Below, one piece after another: positions 61,145 through 64,000 of a DNA stretch of 64,000 nt (the stretch's first letter is position 1; every line of letters starts with the position of its first letter). This stretch comes from an uncultured Actinomycetes bacterium (GTDB lineage Bacteria > Actinomycetota > Thermoleophilia > RBG-16-64-13): the NCBI GenBank assembly GCA_963706025.1, contig CAVPLM010000020.1:32001-96000 (forward strand), in the 5' to 3' direction. Below the pieces are notes generated by a model. That model saw only the letters and a program-made list of their open reading frames with translations, ran no database searches and was not told the origin of the DNA. The position numbers were made by a program, and so were the translations under genes.

Positions 61145-61753
61145 ATGTCGGTAGCACGATACACAAGAGCCACCACAACGATGGTCGCGATGGGCGTTCT
61201 GGTCGTTTTGGCCCTCACCGCGATCACCGGTGGGTGCTCCTCGGGGGAATCCGGTGACACGATGACCACGGCCTCAGGCACCAGCGTCGGCCCCACCACC
61301 AGCGTCGGCCCCACCACCAGCGTCGGCCCCACGACCACGACCTTGCCCGAGGCGTTGTCCGACTGGGACCGGCAATTGGCCGAGACCGCCCAGGTCCAGA
61401 ATCGGCTCGCGGTCTATCTCACCGAACAGGGGGCCGCCAAGGACGACCCTCGCCTGGCCGTCATCTACGGGCTCCGAGCCCGCACCCAAGCGATCACCGG
61501 GCGCCAGGCCCTCGACCAGGGCGACCTTGAGCTGGCCGATATGGCCATGAAGGAGGTCTATCCCACTCTCAACTTAGGTCGCAACTTGGCCGAAGGGTCG
61601 GTGGCCCAGACCCTCGAGGACGCCCACGCGATCATCGCAACGTTGGGGGCGCCCTCGGACAAACCAGACGAGGCCGCCACTCTGCTCGAGCAGTTCATCG
61701 CCCAGTTGGCCCCGTTGCTGGACGAGGCGAGGGCGCTGGTCCCTTCCACGTAG
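61145..61753 (+). CDS. Lipoprotein of unknown function
   Basis: GAGGAG SD, hydrophobic signal ending GGC, Thr-rich linker, helical domain. Confidence 0.75.
   Translation: MSVARYTRATTTMVAMGVLVVLALTAITGGCSSGESGDTMTTASGTSVGPTTSVGPTTSVGPTTTTLPEALSDWDRQLAETAQVQNRLAVYLTEQGAAKDDPRLAVIYGLRARTQAITGRQALDQGDLELADMAMKEVYPTLNLGRNLAEGSVAQTLEDAHAIIATLGAPSDKPDEAATLLEQFIAQLAPLLDEARALVPST
61280..61333 (+). repeat. In-frame 18-bp tandem repeat x3 (TSVGPT)
   Basis: ACCAGCGTCGGCCCCACS three times. Confidence 0.95.
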
Positions 61754-61854
61754 GCGACCGGCGCCCGCCGGAACGTCGCGGGCCGCTGCCGCGTCGGGGC
61801 GAGCTTTCCAAGTCATGCCGATGTGCACCGGTCACCCTGCGGTATACTCCCCGC

Positions 61855-62122
61855 GACCGTGCTAGGTGGGGAGCTAGCGGTGCCCTGTACCCGCAATCCG
61901 CTTCAGCGGGACTGAATCCCCACCCCAGGAGCGGGTCTGTGAGGTCTGACGTCGGCAAGCGGTGTTGACGGCCGGGTCCTGCGCAATGGAAATCCGTGAA
62001 CCGGGTCAGGACCGGGAGGTAGCAGCCCTAAGCGGACTCTTCCATGTGCCGCGGGGTAGCTTGGCTTGAGCCGGCTACCGGCGGGCGCTCGGAGGTCTGT
62101 CTTCGAAGGTGGGTGCACGGTC
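61855..62122 (+). ncRNA. ffs: Large (Alu-domain-containing) bacterial SRP RNA
   Basis: 5' CCGTGCTAGGTGGGGAGCTAGCGGTGCCCTGTACCCGCAATCCGC resembles Bacillus scRNA Alu domain; helix 8 GTCAGGACCGGGAGGTAGCAGC; ends pair (GACCGTGC/GCACGGTC); TATACT -10 at 61843; lies upstream of dnaX. Confidence 0.95.
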
Positions 62123-62182
62123 CTTTGTCGCCCCAGGAGCTCGAGACCTCCATCGAGATCTTCCGCCGGACCGCTCGGTGCT

Positions 62183-62223
62183 TCGTCCTCCTGCGCCGGG
62201 CCCAGGAGGACGACTGATATAAT
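62183..62223 (+). promoter_or_regulatory. 11-bp inverted repeat followed by extended -10 promoter of dnaX
   Basis: TCGTCCTCCTG-N9-CAGGAGGACGA (62183-62213); TGATATAAT (62215-62223). Confidence 0.6.
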
Positions 62224-62263
62224 CGCGCCACTCGGCGAGCGCTATCAAGGAGTCGCCCGGCGC

Positions 62264-64000
62264 ATGTCAGTCTCCCTCTATCGCAAGTACCGGCCGGCAC
62301 GCTTCGAGGACATCATCGGGCAGGACCACGTGGCCCGCACTCTCGTCAACGCCATCAATCAGGACCGGGTCAGTCACGCTTACCTGTTCAGCGGTCCGCG
62401 CGGGACCGGCAAGACCTCCACCGCCAAGATCCTGGCCATGGCCCTCAACTGCGACGCCGGGCAGGGCAAGGCCACTCCGGCACCCGATGGGACCTGCCCC
62501 CACTGCGAGGCCATCCGCCGGGGAAGCGCGATGGACGTGGTGGAGATGGACGCCGCCTCCCACCGCGGCATCGACGATATCCGCGATCTCCGCGACAAGG
62601 TGCACTTCGCTCCGGTGGAAGGCCGCATGAAGGTCTACATCGTGGACGAGGTCCACATGCTCACGCCCGAGGCGTTCAACGCCCTGCTCAAGACCCTGGA
62701 GGAGCCTCCGGCGCACGCCGTCTTCGTGCTGGCGACCACCGAGCCGCACAAGGTGCCGGCCACCATCCTGTCGCGCTGCCAGCGCTTCGATTTCCGCCGG
62801 CCTTCTATCACGGAGGTGGTGAGCGTCTTGAACTCGGTGTCCGCGCAGGAAGGCATCGAGGTGTCCGAGACGGCGCTGACGGTCATCGCCCGGGCTTCCG
62901 GAGGCAGCTTCCGCGACGCCATCGGTACGCTCGATCAGCTGGCCACCTATTCCGGCGGCGCCATCAGCCTGCAGGAGACTCTCGACATCCTGGGGATCGT
63001 CCGCCACGATCTGCTGTTCGAGCTCGTGGACCTCGTGCACGAGGGCGACACCCAGGGAGCGCTGCTTTTCGTCGAGCAGCTGAGCCAGAGCGGGACCGAC
63101 TACGTCCAGTTCATGAAGGATCTTCTGGGCCACCTGCGAGACCTCTATGTGACGATGCACGCGGCCGAGACTCCCGCCAGCATCGCCCTGCCCGAGGAGC
63201 AACTGGCCAGGCTCCACAGCCAAGCGAAGCGGGTTCCCACCGCCCAGGCGGTGCTCTTCATCGATCTGATCGGCGAAGCCCTGCGGGCCGTCCGCCAGGG
63301 ATCCGACCCGCGGCTCGAGCTCGAGCTGACCCTGATCAAGATGACCGCCCTGGGGCCGACCGGCGCCGCCGGATTGGGGACGGCATCCGGCCGGGCGATC
63401 GACCGCAGTCCTGGGATCGAGCAGGCTCCCGAACCGAGGGTCGCTGCCCCGCGCCCCGGGACCGCCGCGCCGTCGACCGACGCGCCGTCGACCGAGCCGC
63501 CGTCGACCGAGCCCGCGCCGTCGACCGAGGAAGCGCCGGCGGTAGAAGAGGCGCCGTGGGCAGAGCCTACCTCGCTCGTCGAGGAAGCGACGTCGGCCGA
63601 GCCCGCCCCCTCCCCTGGGGGAGCCCCGCCCAGCGAGGAAGTGCCCGGGTCGCCGGCGCCCGAGTCCCGGACGATGCCGGAGGGACCCGCCACCTTCAAG
63701 CCGGACATCGACCACCTCCGCCGAGCCTGGCCTCTCGTCCTCGAAGCTGTGAAGAAGCGACAGGCCGGCTTGTCTGCTGTGCTCACCGAGGGACGCCTCG
63801 AAAGCCTCGAGGACGACGAACTGGTCATCAGATTCCCCGCCGGCTACAGCTTCCAGACTGATCAGGTGTCTCGAGGCGACAATCCGCGGGTCCTTTCCGA
63901 GGTCCTGCGCGAGATCACCGGAAGGGATCTGCGCATCACCACCCGCATTGCCGTAGAGCCGGTCCCCCCGGCGGCCGACAGAGAGGAAGATGCTAGAATC
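62264..64000 (+). CDS. dnaX: DNA polymerase III subunit gamma/tau, 3'-truncated by window edge
   Basis: SLYRKYRP..F..IIGQ, HAYLFSGPRGTGKTS, EMDAAS, DEVHML, NALLKTLEEPP, SRCQRFDF. Confidence 0.97.
   Translation, partial: MSVSLYRKYRPARFEDIIGQDHVARTLVNAINQDRVSHAYLFSGPRGTGKTSTAKILAMALNCDAGQGKATPAPDGTCPHCEAIRRGSAMDVVEMDAASHRGIDDIRDLRDKVHFAPVEGRMKVYIVDEVHMLTPEAFNALLKTLEEPPAHAVFVLATTEPHKVPATILSRCQRFDFRRPSITEVVSVLNSVSAQEGIEVSETALTVIARASGGSFRDAIGTLDQLATYSGGAISLQETLDILGIVRHDLLFELVDLVHEGDTQGALLFVEQLSQSGTDYVQFMKDLLGHLRDLYVTMHAAETPASIALPEEQLARLHSQAKRVPTAQAVLFIDLIGEALRAVRQGSDPRLELELTLIKMTALGPTGAAGLGTASGRAIDRSPGIEQAPEPRVAAPRPGTAAPSTDAPSTEPPSTEPAPSTEEAPAVEEAPWAEPTSLVEEATSAEPAPSPGGAPPSEEVPGSPAPESRTMPEGPATFKPDIDHLRRAWPLVLEAVKKRQAGLSAVLTEGRLESLEDDELVIRFPAGYSFQTDQVSRGDNPRVLSEVLREITGRDLRITTRIAVEPVPPAADREEDARI
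63467..63529 (+). repeat. In-frame 15-bp repeat x4 in the DnaX linker (APSTD/APSTE/PPSTE)
   Basis: SCGCCGTCGACCGAS units, with a 3-bp spacer before the last. Confidence 0.9.

Noticed and set aside
1-64000. CRISPR array or cas genes
   Set aside because: No 23-47-bp repeats with unique spacers; all tandem repeats are short and mostly in-frame coding repeats; no cas-like ORFs
62264-64000. Programmed frameshift site producing DnaX gamma
   Set aside because: No A-AAA-AAG heptamer or poly-A run visible in the available part

Overview
High-GC bacterial chromosomal window with dense coding. Gene content, Thr-rich-linker lipoproteins and frequent leaderless starts suggest a deep-branching actinobacterium such as Thermoleophilia (inference). 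Housekeeping genes are a cyclophilin PPIase, a D-Ala-D-Ala carboxypeptidase, trxB, an RhlE-like helicase, purC, tRNA-Ser(GGA), a long Alu-containing SRP RNA and the 5' part of dnaX. Accessory modules are: (i) a TetR-linked hydrolase/decarboxylase cluster at ~18-28.4 kb (two amidohydrolase-2 paralogs, a 4-pyridoxolactonase-like enzyme, a Tat-exported solute-binding protein, two CocE/NonD paralogs with an atypical nucleophile motif); (ii) a luciferase-less hotdog thioesterase-luxE-luxC operon; (iii) a triple-FHA ABC transporter coupled to a membrane Ser/Thr kinase with TPRs; (iv) a HAD phosphatase fused to a PurM/AIR-synthase-like domain; (v) an SPFH + Arc-type repressor pair. A ~100-bp element with terminal inverted repeats (MITE-like) occurs once intact and three times as end remnants. 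About eight genes carry single-base frameshifts, most likely long-read consensus errors. No CRISPR array, rRNA, transposase or phage gene was seen. All product calls come from motif recognition by eye, without database searches.
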